From assembly GCA_040220235.1 (NCBI GenBank), contig JAVJTO010000164.1: DNA of 64,000 bases; one strand, 5' to 3'. Made by a program: the position numbers and the translations under genes. Positions 19,521 to 32,359 of this stretch are shown here, one piece after another (within the stretch, counting starts at the first letter, position 1; each line of letters opens with the position of its first letter). The notes under the pieces were generated by a model. It was not told the DNA's origin, ran no database searches, and was given only the letters and a program-made list of their open reading frames with translations. The DNA is from Coleofasciculus sp. B1-GNL1-01 (GTDB lineage: Bacteria > Cyanobacteriota > Cyanobacteriia > Cyanobacteriales > Coleofasciculaceae).

Positions 19521-22286
19521 CTATTTAAAGTTCAGCCAGTCTTTGACTGTATCATTTTCTTGGGCAGGTTTCAGGTATAGAGTACATTCTCTAACAATTT
19601 CTTCTGGATTAATACCTTCTTTATCACACCACTTGTTGATGCAAGCATCACTCAATTTTTCTACTTTATCGAAGTCAATCCAAGCCGTTTCTGTATCTTC
19701 AGTGCAGGCAATTATATCGAGCAGCTTGACCACAGTTGGTTCCCGCAGTTGTTGAGTTTTAGGCTCATAAACAAGTCCATGATATTTTCCTTGATAATTG
19801 AGCAAAACGTAAATCGAGGGATCGGATTCTGAATAAATCTTAGCGCTGACAATATCGCTAGGAATGTTCTTGGCATAATTACGATTAAGCTGTAGTTTAG
19901 CTGTGTGCTGGTAGTAGGGTGATATATCCAAATTAGCTAATTCGTCTATATCTAATTGCCCTGATCGGATAGTCACAGGTGATGTTATATCTGGCATATT
20001 AATTTCTTGAGTTCTTTCCATAGTTAAAACGGGCAATTCAATTAACTTTCGAGATTCACTATGACGTTCCATCAGTTTTTCCCAACGTCCCATGATACCT
20101 GCTAACTCATAGTGCAGATTACTCTCATTTATTAAATTAGGAACAAACGTAAATACTTGTACGGTTCGTGGAGAACGCCAAAAGCGGAGTATGCGTCCAG
20201 CCCGCTGAATAGGACCAATGGGAGTCCAGTCTATATCGTAGTTAATGACTACAGAGGCATCCTGCATATTCACACCGACACCATGAGCATCTGTTGAAAT
20301 GAATACATCATAATTTTCTTCATACTTGTCTTCCGCATCATTAGCCACAGGTGCAAATTTTTGAATAATTCTTTCTATCTCTTTAGTTTCTTTCATTTCA
20401 TAGTTATTAGATGCAACCTCATCGATCGTGGCGATTACGTGTAGTGAAGGAATTAATTCATTTAATTTTTGCTGGAGGTAAACTACAGTCGCTCTTCGCT
20501 CACAGAATATAATTACCTTTTCTTGTTGAGTTTGTAGTTCTCGAAGGATTTTACAAAGAGTTTCTAGTTTTACATCTCGACATTTTTTAGACGTTAATTG
20601 TTTCAGTATAGGCTGCAATACTCGCTCTCGCTCTTTGCGCGTAAATTTAAACTCCAGCTTTTCAAAAACATACTGATTTTTACCATTAGGTGTATCAATG
20701 GTGCGCTCAAGCACTCCACGGAGAGCTAAAGGAGAACTTGCCCAAGCAACTTTGACCAACTTCTCTATACTTTTCTTAAACATAGGGTTGCGAGAGTTTA
20801 GGTCAAAGTAACCATCAGCGATAATGGGAGTCAAAGATATTTCCAAGGGTAAAGGAAAGTCAATACTATGAAGTATTATTTTGGGTATATAGCGTTTCTC
20901 CTCGCCAAAGTTTATATAAATTTCCTGTTCATCCAGTTGACCATAATATCTAGCTACGTGCGGTGTCGTTAGTTGAGAAGTGACAGGTAGATGAATAAAT
21001 TCTTCAGGCTTTTCAATATGCCATGCTCGCGCATCATCTATCCAATCTGGCAATAAAGCCCGATTTTCAGAGGTATGAGGGAGTAAAAATAACTGGTTGT
21101 TTAGATTTTCAGTGTTTTTAGCATAAGGTGAACCCGTTAAAAGTAAAACTTTGGAAGTATTGGCATGGCATAGGGGTTTTAGCCATTGAAATGCCTGACG
21201 TTCTACTTTCTGCGATTGTTTATATCTTCTATTGCTCAATCTATCTGTGTAGCGGTTTCTAAACTCATGGCTTTCATCTATGATAATCAGCCAACGCCGC
21301 TCTTGAGTAGTTTGTAAAATATCCTCAAAATCTTCAAGACTATGATCCCTCTCATAACTTTTTTGATCCAGCGCTTGACGAATAAAATACTTACAGGATA
21401 AGCTAGCGTCAAGCATTTCGCGTTCCCAGGTCTTTTTTACTGGCTTCGGTCCAATAACAATAACATTATCAATTGCATCTTCTTCACGCAGATGTAATGC
21501 TACATGAACGGCGACTACAGTTTTACCTAGTCCAGTAGAAGCTACCAGCATCGAGCCACTAAAGTCGTGTATTTGACGTAGCGTTTGAGTAATCATATCT
21601 TTCTGGTAACTAACCGGAGATTTTTTATAGTTAGCTTTGACAGGCTGAAGGTCCTCCAGAGCCAACATAGTCTTGAGATAAATGTCCCAAGGACGCACAC
21701 AATCAAGCCAACGGCGGAGGACTTCTAAGAGTTCCTGAGAGATGTCTTGTGCTTTGGCAAAGAAATCATCAAATTCTTGAACCAGTGCGACAATTTCACG
21801 GTGTTTAGTGATGATACAGCCACCCTCAACTTGCTCCATCAAACCACGTCCCGTTAGATTAGATGAAGTCTGAATTGCTAATGTATTGTCTATCAAGTAA
21901 AGTTTGTTATGGTGATCCAGCGCACGAGCATCCACAATGTAAACCTGATCCGATTGCATTCTTGCGACTAAATCAAGCACGGTTTGTCGTCGATCTCTAT
22001 CTAAACCAGTACGCAAATCGCGCATGATTTCACTAATCAAAGCTTTCCGCGCTCTCTCTTCCCCCGGTTCGTCTAAACCCACTAACAGATAAACACGTTT
22101 ACCATCTGTATAAGTTCTGATCAGTCTCCATCCCCTGATCGTGAAAAAGCCAGAGGCAATGCGAATCTTATTTTTGCCAGCTTGAAGGTGGTGGCGAACA
22201 CGTTCCAAGGTTGTTCCTTTCTTAAACCAAGTTTCTCGTAACTGATCTACCGAGTCAATTGATAAGTTATTCTGAGCGTTCATCAT
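19521..22286 (-). CDS. PLD-like nuclease fused to a superfamily-2 (SNF2/Res-like) helicase
   Basis: IASGFF...HNKLYLID..TSSNLT (PLD HxK); ASTGLGKT, IIIDESH, LLTGSP, STDAHGVGVNMQ, QRAGRILR. Confidence 0.88.
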   Translation of the reverse strand: MMNAQNNLSIDSVDQLRETWFKKGTTLERVRHHLQAGKNKIRIASGFFTIRGWRLIRTYTDGKRVYLLVGLDEPGEERARKALISEIMRDLRTGLDRDRRQTVLDLVARMQSDQVYIVDARALDHHNKLYLIDNTLAIQTSSNLTGRGLMEQVEGGCIITKHREIVALVQEFDDFFAKAQDISQELLEVLRRWLDCVRPWDIYLKTMLALEDLQPVKANYKKSPVSYQKDMITQTLRQIHDFSGSMLVASTGLGKTVVAVHVALHLREEDAIDNVIVIGPKPVKKTWEREMLDASLSCKYFIRQALDQKSYERDHSLEDFEDILQTTQERRWLIIIDESHEFRNRYTDRLSNRRYKQSQKVERQAFQWLKPLCHANTSKVLLLTGSPYAKNTENLNNQLFLLPHTSENRALLPDWIDDARAWHIEKPEEFIHLPVTSQLTTPHVARYYGQLDEQEIYINFGEEKRYIPKIILHSIDFPLPLEISLTPIIADGYFDLNSRNPMFKKSIEKLVKVAWASSPLALRGVLERTIDTPNGKNQYVFEKLEFKFTRKERERVLQPILKQLTSKKCRDVKLETLCKILRELQTQQEKVIIFCERRATVVYLQQKLNELIPSLHVIATIDEVASNNYEMKETKEIERIIQKFAPVANDAEDKYEENYDVFISTDAHGVGVNMQDASVVINYDIDWTPIGPIQRAGRILRFWRSPRTVQVFTFVPNLINESNLHYELAGIMGRWEKLMERHSESRKLIELPVLTMERTQEINMPDITSPVTIRSGQLDIDELANLDISPYYQHTAKLQLNRNYAKNIPSDIVSAKIYSESDPSIYVLLNYQGKYHGLVYEPKTQQLREPTVVKLLDIIACTEDTETAWIDFDKVEKLSDACINKWCDKEGINPEEIVRECTLYLKPAQENDTVKDWLNFK

Positions 22287-22738
22287 GAATTTCCTTAGCT
22301 TTCTAGAATATCGATTCAGTAGTCGAATTATTTACGACAATCTTCAAAAACGGTAACATAAGATACAAAAGCCTGTTTACACTCTGTAGAAACTAAGATA
22401 TCGTACCTTTCTCAGTAAGCCCCGACATCTGCCAAAAATCTCCTCAAGTTCTAAGCAAGGGATCTACTGTCCATTAAACAGTTGACTAAAACTTTTATCC
22501 AATCAGCTATTGCTGACTTGAGCTTTTGCTTCCTTGGGTTTACTAAGTTTAAAACACAGCTTCGGGAGCATGTCAGGGAAAGCATATAACCTTCAACCTA
22601 ACCCACTCTCGTTGGGTTTCGTTCCTCAACCCAACCTACACAGGTGACATGCTTCCCACAGCTTCTCACCTAAAACAAACAAAAAATAGGGATGATATTC
22701 ACCATCCCTACTCAATGAATCAATTAAATTGTCCGAAA

Positions 22739-24622
22739 TTACAGCACAGGAACGTACTGTTCCTTCTCTGGTACATGAGTATATTCCGCTACAATCTGAC
22801 GAAACTCCTCGCCGTCAATCGTTTCCTTCTCAATCAACAGATCCACCAAGCGGTCAATTACAACGCGATTGTCGCGCATAATCCGCTTAGCATCGTCGTG
22901 ACAATGTTCCACAATCCGGCGCACTTGTTCATCAATGCGAGAGGCGACTTCTTCGGAATACTCCGCCCGATTCGTCAAGCCGCCACCGAGGAATACTTCT
23001 CCCTGTTGACTTTCTAGAGACAAAGGACCTAAATCGGACATACCGAAACGGGTGACCATTTGTCGCGCCATTCCGGTCACCTGCTGTAAATCACCACCCG
23101 CACCTGTGGTAACTTCAGCATGACCAAAAATCTCTTCTTCGGCAGCACGACCCCCTAATGCCCCAGTAATCCGGGCTTTAAGCTGCGCCCGTGTAATTAA
23201 GCCTTGCTCTTCACTGGGCGTAAACCAGGTTAATCCTTGGGCTTGACCCCGAGGAATTAAGGTCACTTTCTGCACTGGATCATGATCCTTGAGTACCGTC
23301 CCCACGATCGCATGACCGACTTCATGGTAGGCAATTAACCGCTTACTCTTACTATCCACCAACGGTGTGCCTTCCATACCCGCCACAACCCGGTCAACGG
23401 CGTCGTTGATTTCCAGCATGGTAATCGCTTCTTTGCGCCGACGGGCTGTCAGAATTGCCGCTTCATTCAACAAGTTGGCTAAATCTGCCCCAGTAAATCC
23501 AGGCGTGCGTCGCGCGATCGCTTCAATGGAAATTTCCGATGCCAGTTTCTTATTTCGGGCATGGACTTCCAGAATACCAATCCGTCCTTTCAGATCCGGT
23601 GCATCGACAATCACCTGGCGGTCAAATCGTCCGGGACGTAATAAGGCGGAGTCTAACACATCAGGACGGTTGGTGGCAGCAATAATGATAATCCCAGTAT
23701 TGCCTTCAAATCCATCCATCTCCGTCAGCAACTGGTTCAACGTTTGCTCACGTTCATCGTTACCACCGCCGATACCTGCACCCCGTTGTCGTCCTACGGC
23801 GTCAATCTCATCGATAAAGATCAGACAAGGGGCATTTTCCTTGGCTTTCTTGAACAAGTCACGGACACGGGACGCGCCTACACCGACAAACATTTCCACG
23901 AATTCACTACCGGAGATACTAAAGAACGGAACTCCAGCTTCACCCGCGATCGCCTTTGCCAATAATGTTTTACCAGTTCCCGGAGGTCCAACTAACAGCA
24001 CCCCTTTGGGAATTCGTGCGCCTACCGCCGTAAACCGTTCCGGTAGCTTCAGGAATGTCACCACTTCCTGCAATTCTTCCTTGGCTTCCTGAATTCCCGC
24101 CACATCATCGAAGAGAATTCCAGTTTTGGCTTCCATCTGGAACCGGGCGCGAGACTTACCAAAGTTCATCGCTTGACCGGGACCGCCACCCATATTACTG
24201 GAACGACGGAATAGGAAAAATAGTCCGCCAATTAATAAAATCGGAAAAATTAAATTCCCTAAGATTCCCCAAATCGCCCCATCTTGACGGGCAGGATGGG
24301 TATCTAAAGCAATATCAGCCTCTCTCAGCTTCGTGATTAGCTCCGGAGAATTAGCAGGCAAATCAACGCGCCAGCGATTCGTTTTCTTCAGCTCCGGGTC
24401 AATCGCTTCTACAATTGCCGTTTGACCCCCATCATAGAGGTCAACACTCGTGACTCTCCCTTTCTCAATGTATTCTAAAAAGCGACCATAATTCATCCGG
24501 GTGCTGGCGGTATTTTGACTTAAATCACCAACAGCCGGAGAAAACGCTCCCTGCCATAGGAAAAACCCGATGACAAGAGCGGGTATAGTCCAAAGTAGGA
24601 GAATTCTCCAGGAAAATTTCAT
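22739..24622 (-). CDS. ftsH2: ATP-dependent zinc metalloprotease FtsH2
   Basis: [17 protein letters not shown] region, HEVGH; cyanobacterial MKFSWR N-terminus. Confidence 0.95.
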   Translation of the reverse strand: MKFSWRILLLWTIPALVIGFFLWQGAFSPAVGDLSQNTASTRMNYGRFLEYIEKGRVTSVDLYDGGQTAIVEAIDPELKKTNRWRVDLPANSPELITKLREADIALDTHPARQDGAIWGILGNLIFPILLIGGLFFLFRRSSNMGGGPGQAMNFGKSRARFQMEAKTGILFDDVAGIQEAKEELQEVVTFLKLPERFTAVGARIPKGVLLVGPPGTGKTLLAKAIAGEAGVPFFSISGSEFVEMFVGVGASRVRDLFKKAKENAPCLIFIDEIDAVGRQRGAGIGGGNDEREQTLNQLLTEMDGFEGNTGIIIIAATNRPDVLDSALLRPGRFDRQVIVDAPDLKGRIGILEVHARNKKLASEISIEAIARRTPGFTGADLANLLNEAAILTARRRKEAITMLEINDAVDRVVAGMEGTPLVDSKSKRLIAYHEVGHAIVGTVLKDHDPVQKVTLIPRGQAQGLTWFTPSEEQGLITRAQLKARITGALGGRAAEEEIFGHAEVTTGAGGDLQQVTGMARQMVTRFGMSDLGPLSLESQQGEVFLGGGLTNRAEYSEEVASRIDEQVRRIVEHCHDDAKRIMRDNRVVIDRLVDLLIEKETIDGEEFRQIVAEYTHVPEKEQYVPVL

Positions 24623-24782
24623 TGCTTATGCCTCTAGATATTTGTTTTCTGGTTTGGCTTTTGCTCTTAAAGAGCCTCTTATTTAGCACAAAGACCAGCT
24701 TAAACGGTGGTTTCAATATGAAACTTTACTTCTGCTTAATTAAATTTAACGTAATTCTCAGGATTTGGGCAACTGTCTTATA

Positions 24783-24831
24783 GTCATTCGTCATTTGTCA
24801 TTCGTCATTCGTCATTCGTCATTCGTCATTT
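24783..24831. repeat. STRR heptamer tract (gtcattc/gtcattt)n
   Basis: Tandem 7-mers; similar tracts near 47313-47360 and 55557-55600. Confidence 0.9.
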
Positions 24832-24973
24832 GCTTCCCCATCTCCCTCATCTCCCCATCACCACACCCTAACCAAGAACGCGCCTACACTGGAGGATTAA
24901 ATCCTCAACCTGTAGACGCGCTCATCTAAGCTAGACAAAAAACGTTTAACGTTTAGCTACCAAGGGAGCCGTA

Positions 24974-26182
<1,209 letters not shown>

Positions 26183-26974
26183 TTACGATATATTGCTCAG
26201 TACAACATTTCATCAATTCGTGACGAATGAAGCAACCTCCCAATCAGGGTTTCAGTCGCTTCATCCCGTAGAGTTGATGGCAGGTCGTTGACCTTGATAC
26301 CTGGCTGTGGACTCCCGTTCTTCCCCCGTTAGCTAATCCGGCAATAGATGTCCCACGCTGTAACTTTTATTCAGTGTGGGATGAATTCCCAGTAATGCCA
26401 ATCGGATTGGCATTGCATCCAATCGCTGTTTGGGCAACAGACTTGGCTTCCAGCCCACACGCTCACGACAAAGCGGAGTGTGTACAGTCGTTAACTCGGC
26501 TCAACTGGGTGGGGAATGAAGTCGGTTCAATGTATACTCTAGAATACGTCTAATTGATTGAGTTGGCAAAGTTCCAACTCATCTGAACTCCTGTGGGCAT
26601 CGGTTAGGAGGCAATTCTTGGCAGGTGATGCCGATGGAGAACTCGGTCATTGACCGACAAACAGTCAAAATCGAGTCAATTTGAAATTTTTTGATCCAAT
26701 TTGCACAACTCACTTTAGGATTATGTTAAGGAATTGAGGAGAAACGTTAAGACTTGTAGACATAATCTCATTTTGGTAGAATCCACTAACAGCCGCTAGT
26801 ATTAAATACTTACCCCGTGTCTGGCTTGAGTCTGATCCTTGAGAGAAGGCTCGTACCTGTTGCAAATATGTGACGGGTTAAAGGCACGCGATCAACAGAC
26901 GGGTTGACCCTAGACTTGGGACTTGGATTGCTGGAAACTCTATTTGAAACTATTTTTTGCGTTAGAGGGAAACT

Positions 26975-27976
26975 ATGACCACTCAGCTAGACCGCGTGGT
27001 ATTAATAGCCGTCGCTGGAGACTCTGGATGCGGGAAGTCCACATTTCTGCGTCGCTTGGCAGACCTATTTGGTGAAGAGTTTATGACGGTCATCTGCTTG
27101 GATGACTATCACAGCTTAGACCGTAAAGGGCGTAAAGCGGCAGGGGTGACAGCGCTTAACCCCAAGGCGAATAATTTTGACCTGATGTATGAGCAAATCA
27201 AAGCGCTCAAAAATGGTCAGGCAATTGATAAGCCAATTTATAACCACGAGACGGGTGAACTTGATCCACCGGAACGGGTAGAACCCAATAAAGTCGTGGT
27301 AATCGAAGGATTGCATCCCCTGTATGATGAGCGGGTGCGATCGCTGGTTGATTTCGGTGTTTATCTTGATATCAGTGATGAGGTCAAGATTAACTGGAAA
27401 ATCCAGCGGGACATGGCAGAACGGGGTCATACCTATGAAGATATTCTGGCGTCCATTAACGCTAGACGCCCTGACTTCAGTGCTTACATCGAACCCCAAA
27501 AAGAGTTTGCTGATGTCGTGATTCAGATATTACCGACTCAGTTACTCAAAGATGATAAGGAATGCAAGATCCTGCGGGTGCGCTTGGTACAGAAAGAAGG
27601 TGTAGAAGGATTTGAACCTGTCTATCTGTTTGATGAAGGGTCTACTATTGACTGGAGACCTTGTGGTCGTAAGTTGACCTGTGCTTATCCTGGGATCAAG
27701 CTGTACTATGGTCCGGATAGCTACTTCGGTCATGATGTTTCCGTCTTGGAAGTGGATGGTCAATTTGATAATCTAGAGGAGATGATCTACATCGAAAGTC
27801 ACCTCAGCAATACCTCCACGAAATACTATGGTGAGATGACCGAACTGTTGCTCAAGCATAAGGACTATCCCGGTTCTAACAATGGTTCTGGGTTGTTCCA
27901 GATTCTGGTGGGGCTGAAGATGCGATCCACTTATGAACGGTTGACATCTAAGGCGCAAGTGCCAGCTAGTGTGTAA
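26975..27976 (+). CDS. prk: Phosphoribulokinase
   Basis: GDSGCGKST, ICLDDYH, KIQRDMAERGH, PCGRKLTCAYPG; divergent from petH. Confidence 0.97.
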   Translation: MTTQLDRVVLIAVAGDSGCGKSTFLRRLADLFGEEFMTVICLDDYHSLDRKGRKAAGVTALNPKANNFDLMYEQIKALKNGQAIDKPIYNHETGELDPPERVEPNKVVVIEGLHPLYDERVRSLVDFGVYLDISDEVKINWKIQRDMAERGHTYEDILASINARRPDFSAYIEPQKEFADVVIQILPTQLLKDDKECKILRVRLVQKEGVEGFEPVYLFDEGSTIDWRPCGRKLTCAYPGIKLYYGPDSYFGHDVSVLEVDGQFDNLEEMIYIESHLSNTSTKYYGEMTELLLKHKDYPGSNNGSGLFQILVGLKMRSTYERLTSKAQVPASV

Positions 27977-28291
27977 CTGATGGAAACCGCGTCTACGTTG
28001 AAACCTGTAGTTTTTCCCTAAGAGAATCTCCAGTTTTCAACTTGGACGGGATAGTGTTGGTTGTATATTGCCTATGCCCTACTCTTTTAGGTGGCGTGGG
28101 TTAATGATTAATCTAAGCAAGATCCCCGACTTCTCCAAGAAGTCGGGGATCTGTCTGTGTACTGTAAGAGACTAATTAACCATCAATGTGACCAATTGTG
28201 ATACAAATGCAGATTAAGCGATGTGTCAAAATTGATAGGCGTGGCAAAGTCACTCGATGGAAACCCAAACTAAAAGGAGTGCATAGCATAA

Positions 28292-29794
28292 ATGTGTGGT
28301 ATTGCTGGAATATGGGGGCAAATTGATGAAATCAGCGTCAAAACGATGATGGATGCCTTAATCCATCGAGGTCCAGACGCCGAGGGAATGTTTGTGTCAC
28401 CAATCCAGGCGGGTGTTCTGGGACATCGACGGTTGAGTATTATGGACCCGCAAGGGGGAAACCAACCGATATACGGCGATCGCAAGGCGCGAGTGATTGT
28501 CGGAAATGGCGAAATTTATAACTTTCCCCAGTTACTCCCCCAGTTAGCGGAACGATTTAAGTTCCGTACCAAAAGCGATACAGAGGCAATTTTGCATCTG
28601 TACGAAGATCAGGGAATTGAGTCTGTTGACCAACTTGATGGGATGTTCGCTTTTGCGATCGCGGATGGGGATCAATTGTTTGCCGCCCGTGATCCCATTG
28701 GCATTAAACCTCTATACTACGGCAAAAAAGATGGTGCGTTTGTTTTTGCCTCAGAACTCAAGGCGATCGCTTCTGTGTGCGAAAATGTTCAGGAATTCCC
28801 ACCCGGAACCTTTTTCTCCTCAGAAGCTGGGTTTTCGACGTTCTACCAAGTGCCAGATATTCAGCCAGAGGTAAATGCTGACGCAGAGGCTTTCATTCGC
28901 GAAGTGCGGGAAACTGTCGAGGCGTCTGTAGTGAAGCGGCTGATGAGTGATGTTCCCCTCGGTTGCTTCCTCTCCGGTGGCTTAGACAGCAGTATCACCA
29001 CGGCTGTAGCCAGACAGCATATCGAGAAAATGCACACCTTCTCAGTGGGAATTGAAGGGAGTAAAGATATAAAAGCTGCCCGTTTAGTCTCTAAGCATCT
29101 GGATACGATTCACCATGAGTATGTGATTACACCCCAGGAAGTTAAGGAAAAACTCCCCGAAATTATTTATTCCTTGGAATCCTTTGACCAAGACTTAGTT
29201 CGCAGTGCGATTCCCTGTTACTTTACCTCACGACTTGCCGCCCAATATGTCAAAGTGATTCTCACGGGTGAGGGTGCGGATGAACTGTTTGCAGGTTATA
29301 CCTATTACAAAGGTATCCCTGATAATGATGTCCTACATCGCGAATTACGGCGGTCAGTGACGAGTCTGCACAATATTAACTTACAGCGAGTAGACCGTTT
29401 AACCATGGCTCACTCCCTAGAAGGACGAGTTCCATTTTTAGATCTGAAAATGATTGAACTCGGTCAAAGAATTCCCGCCCATTTAAAACTGGCGGGTGAT
29501 CCCCTAGTGGAAAAATGGATTTTGCGAAAAGCCTTTGAGGATTTGTTACCCACTGAGATTGTTTGGCGCACAAAAGAACAGTTTGATGAAGGCAGTGGCA
29601 CGGTTGATTTATTAACCCAAATGTTGTCACAAGTCATGAGTGAAGACCAAGCCCAAGCCTATCGCCAAAAACATTCAGAAGCACGGTTACGTTCAGCGGA
29701 AGAGTGTTATTATCACCAGATATTTATGGATGTATTTGAGCAGCCGGAATCAATTCTGGCGAATGTTGCCCGTTGGTCAGAACGACCCGTTTAG
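28292..29794 (+). CDS. asnB: Asparagine synthetase (glutamine-hydrolysing) / AsnB-like amidotransferase
   Basis: N-terminal MCGI, HRGPD, HRRLSI, NGEIYN, LSGGLDSS, LTGEGADELF, RVPFLD. Confidence 0.9.
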   Translation: MCGIAGIWGQIDEISVKTMMDALIHRGPDAEGMFVSPIQAGVLGHRRLSIMDPQGGNQPIYGDRKARVIVGNGEIYNFPQLLPQLAERFKFRTKSDTEAILHLYEDQGIESVDQLDGMFAFAIADGDQLFAARDPIGIKPLYYGKKDGAFVFASELKAIASVCENVQEFPPGTFFSSEAGFSTFYQVPDIQPEVNADAEAFIREVRETVEASVVKRLMSDVPLGCFLSGGLDSSITTAVARQHIEKMHTFSVGIEGSKDIKAARLVSKHLDTIHHEYVITPQEVKEKLPEIIYSLESFDQDLVRSAIPCYFTSRLAAQYVKVILTGEGADELFAGYTYYKGIPDNDVLHRELRRSVTSLHNINLQRVDRLTMAHSLEGRVPFLDLKMIELGQRIPAHLKLAGDPLVEKWILRKAFEDLLPTEIVWRTKEQFDEGSGTVDLLTQMLSQVMSEDQAQAYRQKHSEARLRSAEECYYHQIFMDVFEQPESILANVARWSERPV

Positions 29795-29856
29795 GGAAGC
29801 AGAGGGAGCATGTAGAGACGCGCCATGGCGCGTCTGGGAGATGGAGGGGCAAATCT

Positions 29857-31974
29857 TTAAGATTGAAAAATGTGTAAGCCGAAGCGCCTCGATAGTTCCT
29901 CACACACTTTAATCCCTCGGATACTGTTCCCCCGCTTATCCAAGGGTGGTGAAAAGACGGCAATCCCCATCACACCGGGAACAACGCCAATAATGCCGCC
30001 ACCAACGCCACTCTTAGCCGGAAATCCGACTTTGTACACCCATTCCCCAGCAAAGTCATACATGCCACAGGTAAACATAACACTGAGTAAATCCTTTACA
30101 TAGGGGGAATGAATCGCTTGTTCTCCCGTCATCGGATTGACCCCATTGTTAGCAAGAGTGGCTCCCATCACCGCTAAATCGTGGCAGTTGATAATGACCG
30201 AACATTGCTGGAGATAAAGATCTAGGGTTTGTTTGATTCCCCCAGAAATCATGCCAAAATTCCGCAACAAGTAAGCAATTGCCCAGTTGCGATCGCCTGC
30301 GGTTTGTTCGGATACTAAGCTGGGTGTATCGACAAAGACACGATGACCAATATAGCGGCGATACATTTCCAGGAGACGATTGAGCCGATGAGCCGGTCCT
30401 TTTCCCTCAATTAAATTGGTAATCGCGATCGCACCTGTATTTACCATGGGATTGTAGGGGCGCTTGGAGTTTTCTTCTACCTTGATTAGCGAGTTATAGG
30501 CATCTCCGGTTGGTTCCACATCCACTCGGCTCAAGACATAATCCCGTCCCCAATCCGAGAGTGCCAGTCCATAGGCAAACACTTTCGAGATGGACTGAAT
30601 TAAGAACGGTTGCTCCCAATCGCCAACCGTGTAAACTTGACCATCGACGGTAACCACACAGATGCCAAACCAATCGGGATTAATTTCCACCAAATCCGGT
30701 TCGCTTACATAAATTTTCCCTTGTCTGAGGGGAAGATACTGGCGATGCAATTCCCGCAAATCGGTAATAAAGGACGTGGGACTCACATGCAATTGAGCGA
30801 TCATGGCTGCCGAGTTGAGCTTTGGCATGATTCTCGGTGGGCGTTCTCGCATCGGTAGCGTGTTCGTTGTGCCTTCATCGACTGCCCGCGACTGGGGATA
30901 GGACGGTGTTTTTTGGGACACCGCTAACTGCTCATCGTTAATGTCCAGACATTCAGTACCGTTGTTACCGTCTTGGTTAATCGTTTCTGGCAAATAACCC
31001 GACATCTCAACGACTTTATCAAATACATGAAGTCGCAAGTGCTTAGAGAGGGCTTCAAACACCTTGACCCCTCGTATACTTTTACTGTGTTCCCCTAGAG
31101 GAGGAGAAAACACAGCAATTCCCATTTGGTTAGGAACAACGCCAATAATTGCTCCAGATAGACCACTTTTGGCAGGTAGACCGACTTTATATGCCCATTG
31201 ACCGGAGAAGTCATAGAGACCACAGGTGTACATGATGCTGATTAAGTTTTTCACGTAATCGGCTTTCAGGGCGCGTTCCCCGGTGATCGGATTGATGCCA
31301 GCATTCGCCAGCGTACCCGCCATAACCGCTAAGTCCCGGCAATTGACCATTAAGGCGCACTGATGGAAGTAAAGGTCGAGAATTTCATCAATCTTGCCTT
31401 CGAGCAAGCCAAAATTCTGCATAATGTAGGCGATCGCTCGATTCAGGTTATCAGTTTTCTTCTTGGACTGGAAGAGCGCCTGATCGACTTGCACGTCTCG
31501 ACCGATATAGCGGTGGAACATACGCAGTAAGCGAGTTTGCCGCTCAAATAAATCTAAGCCTTTAATCAGGCTGGTGGTCGCGATCGCTCCCGCATTCACC
31601 ATCGGATTATACTGTCGCTCTTGTATCTCCTCATGTTCGATAATTTCATTAAACGGTTCTCCCGTTGGTTCAACCCCAATTCGTTCCAAAACATAGTCCA
31701 GTCCGCGATCTTCGAGAGCCAGTCCATAGACAAAGGGTTTTGAAATTGACTGAATCGTAAACGGGATCGACGTGTCACCAACGGTATAAACCTGACCGCC
31801 CACCGTCACCACCGTAATACCGAACCAATCCGGATTCGCTTGCGCCAATTCTGGGATATAGTCAGCCACCACTCCTGCTTTCAGGGGCTGATATAGGCGA
31901 TGCAAATTTTGGAGGATATCGGGTAACTGCTCCGTTATTTTGGCTAGTGTTTGCAATTCGTTGGTGTTGATCAT
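29857..31974 (-). CDS. glsA: Glutaminase with two tandem glutaminase domains
   Basis: QSISK, YNPMVN(A/T)GAI, CG(L/M)YDF, PAKSG and GIAVFSPPL each occur twice, joined by a linker. Confidence 0.92.
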   Translation of the reverse strand: MINTNELQTLAKITEQLPDILQNLHRLYQPLKAGVVADYIPELAQANPDWFGITVVTVGGQVYTVGDTSIPFTIQSISKPFVYGLALEDRGLDYVLERIGVEPTGEPFNEIIEHEEIQERQYNPMVNAGAIATTSLIKGLDLFERQTRLLRMFHRYIGRDVQVDQALFQSKKKTDNLNRAIAYIMQNFGLLEGKIDEILDLYFHQCALMVNCRDLAVMAGTLANAGINPITGERALKADYVKNLISIMYTCGLYDFSGQWAYKVGLPAKSGLSGAIIGVVPNQMGIAVFSPPLGEHSKSIRGVKVFEALSKHLRLHVFDKVVEMSGYLPETINQDGNNGTECLDINDEQLAVSQKTPSYPQSRAVDEGTTNTLPMRERPPRIMPKLNSAAMIAQLHVSPTSFITDLRELHRQYLPLRQGKIYVSEPDLVEINPDWFGICVVTVDGQVYTVGDWEQPFLIQSISKVFAYGLALSDWGRDYVLSRVDVEPTGDAYNSLIKVEENSKRPYNPMVNTGAIAITNLIEGKGPAHRLNRLLEMYRRYIGHRVFVDTPSLVSEQTAGDRNWAIAYLLRNFGMISGGIKQTLDLYLQQCSVIINCHDLAVMGATLANNGVNPMTGEQAIHSPYVKDLLSVMFTCGMYDFAGEWVYKVGFPAKSGVGGGIIGVVPGVMGIAVFSPPLDKRGNSIRGIKVCEELSRRFGLHIFQS

Positions 31975-32055
31975 CCTGGTCTGCTGTTTCCGAACTGGCT
32001 TAAATTTTATTCATGAACTAATTTATACTGGGTCAAGGCTAATAAACAGCACACA

Positions 32056-32355
32056 TTCAATAACCCCAACTTACTTCGTTGAAGTTGGGGATTGCCGGAC
32101 AAACGGACTGTTTAAACCGTTGAATACCACATAGAGTCTCGGTTTGGTACAAACTCTCGGATGCCTCCCTAGTCCGAGTTACATTTAAGGCTTTTTGTCG
32201 AGTCGCTGTTAAGTCAGGACATCTTAACCGAGATGGTGGGAAGGGACATAGTGGTCAGTGGTCAGTGGTCAGTTATCAGTGGTCAGTAATTGGCTGATAA
32301 ATGATAACCGATACCTGGTAACTGATAACTGATAACTTAACTCGTGAGGTTTATC
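32056..32355 (+). ncRNA. omegaRNA/HEARO-like scaffold; guide predicted from the flank just upstream (about 32036-32055)
   Basis: About 300-nt structured leader directly 5' of a PLMP gene, with a ctcgg-atgcctccctagt-ccgag stem and a 3' ggtgggaaggg motif typical of IscB/IsrB omegaRNAs. Confidence 0.75.
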
Positions 32356-32359
32356 ACCC

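Noticed and set aside
23367..24092. 241-aa plus-strand ORF
   Set aside because: Antisense shadow of the conserved ftsH2 AAA domain
27977..28291. NtcA site upstream of asnB
   Set aside because: No exact GTA-N8-TAC found by eye
32251..32337. Possible CRISPR-like array upstream of the Cas9-related gene
   Set aside because: Contiguous 7-mers with no unique spacers; no CRISPR array was seen anywhere in the window
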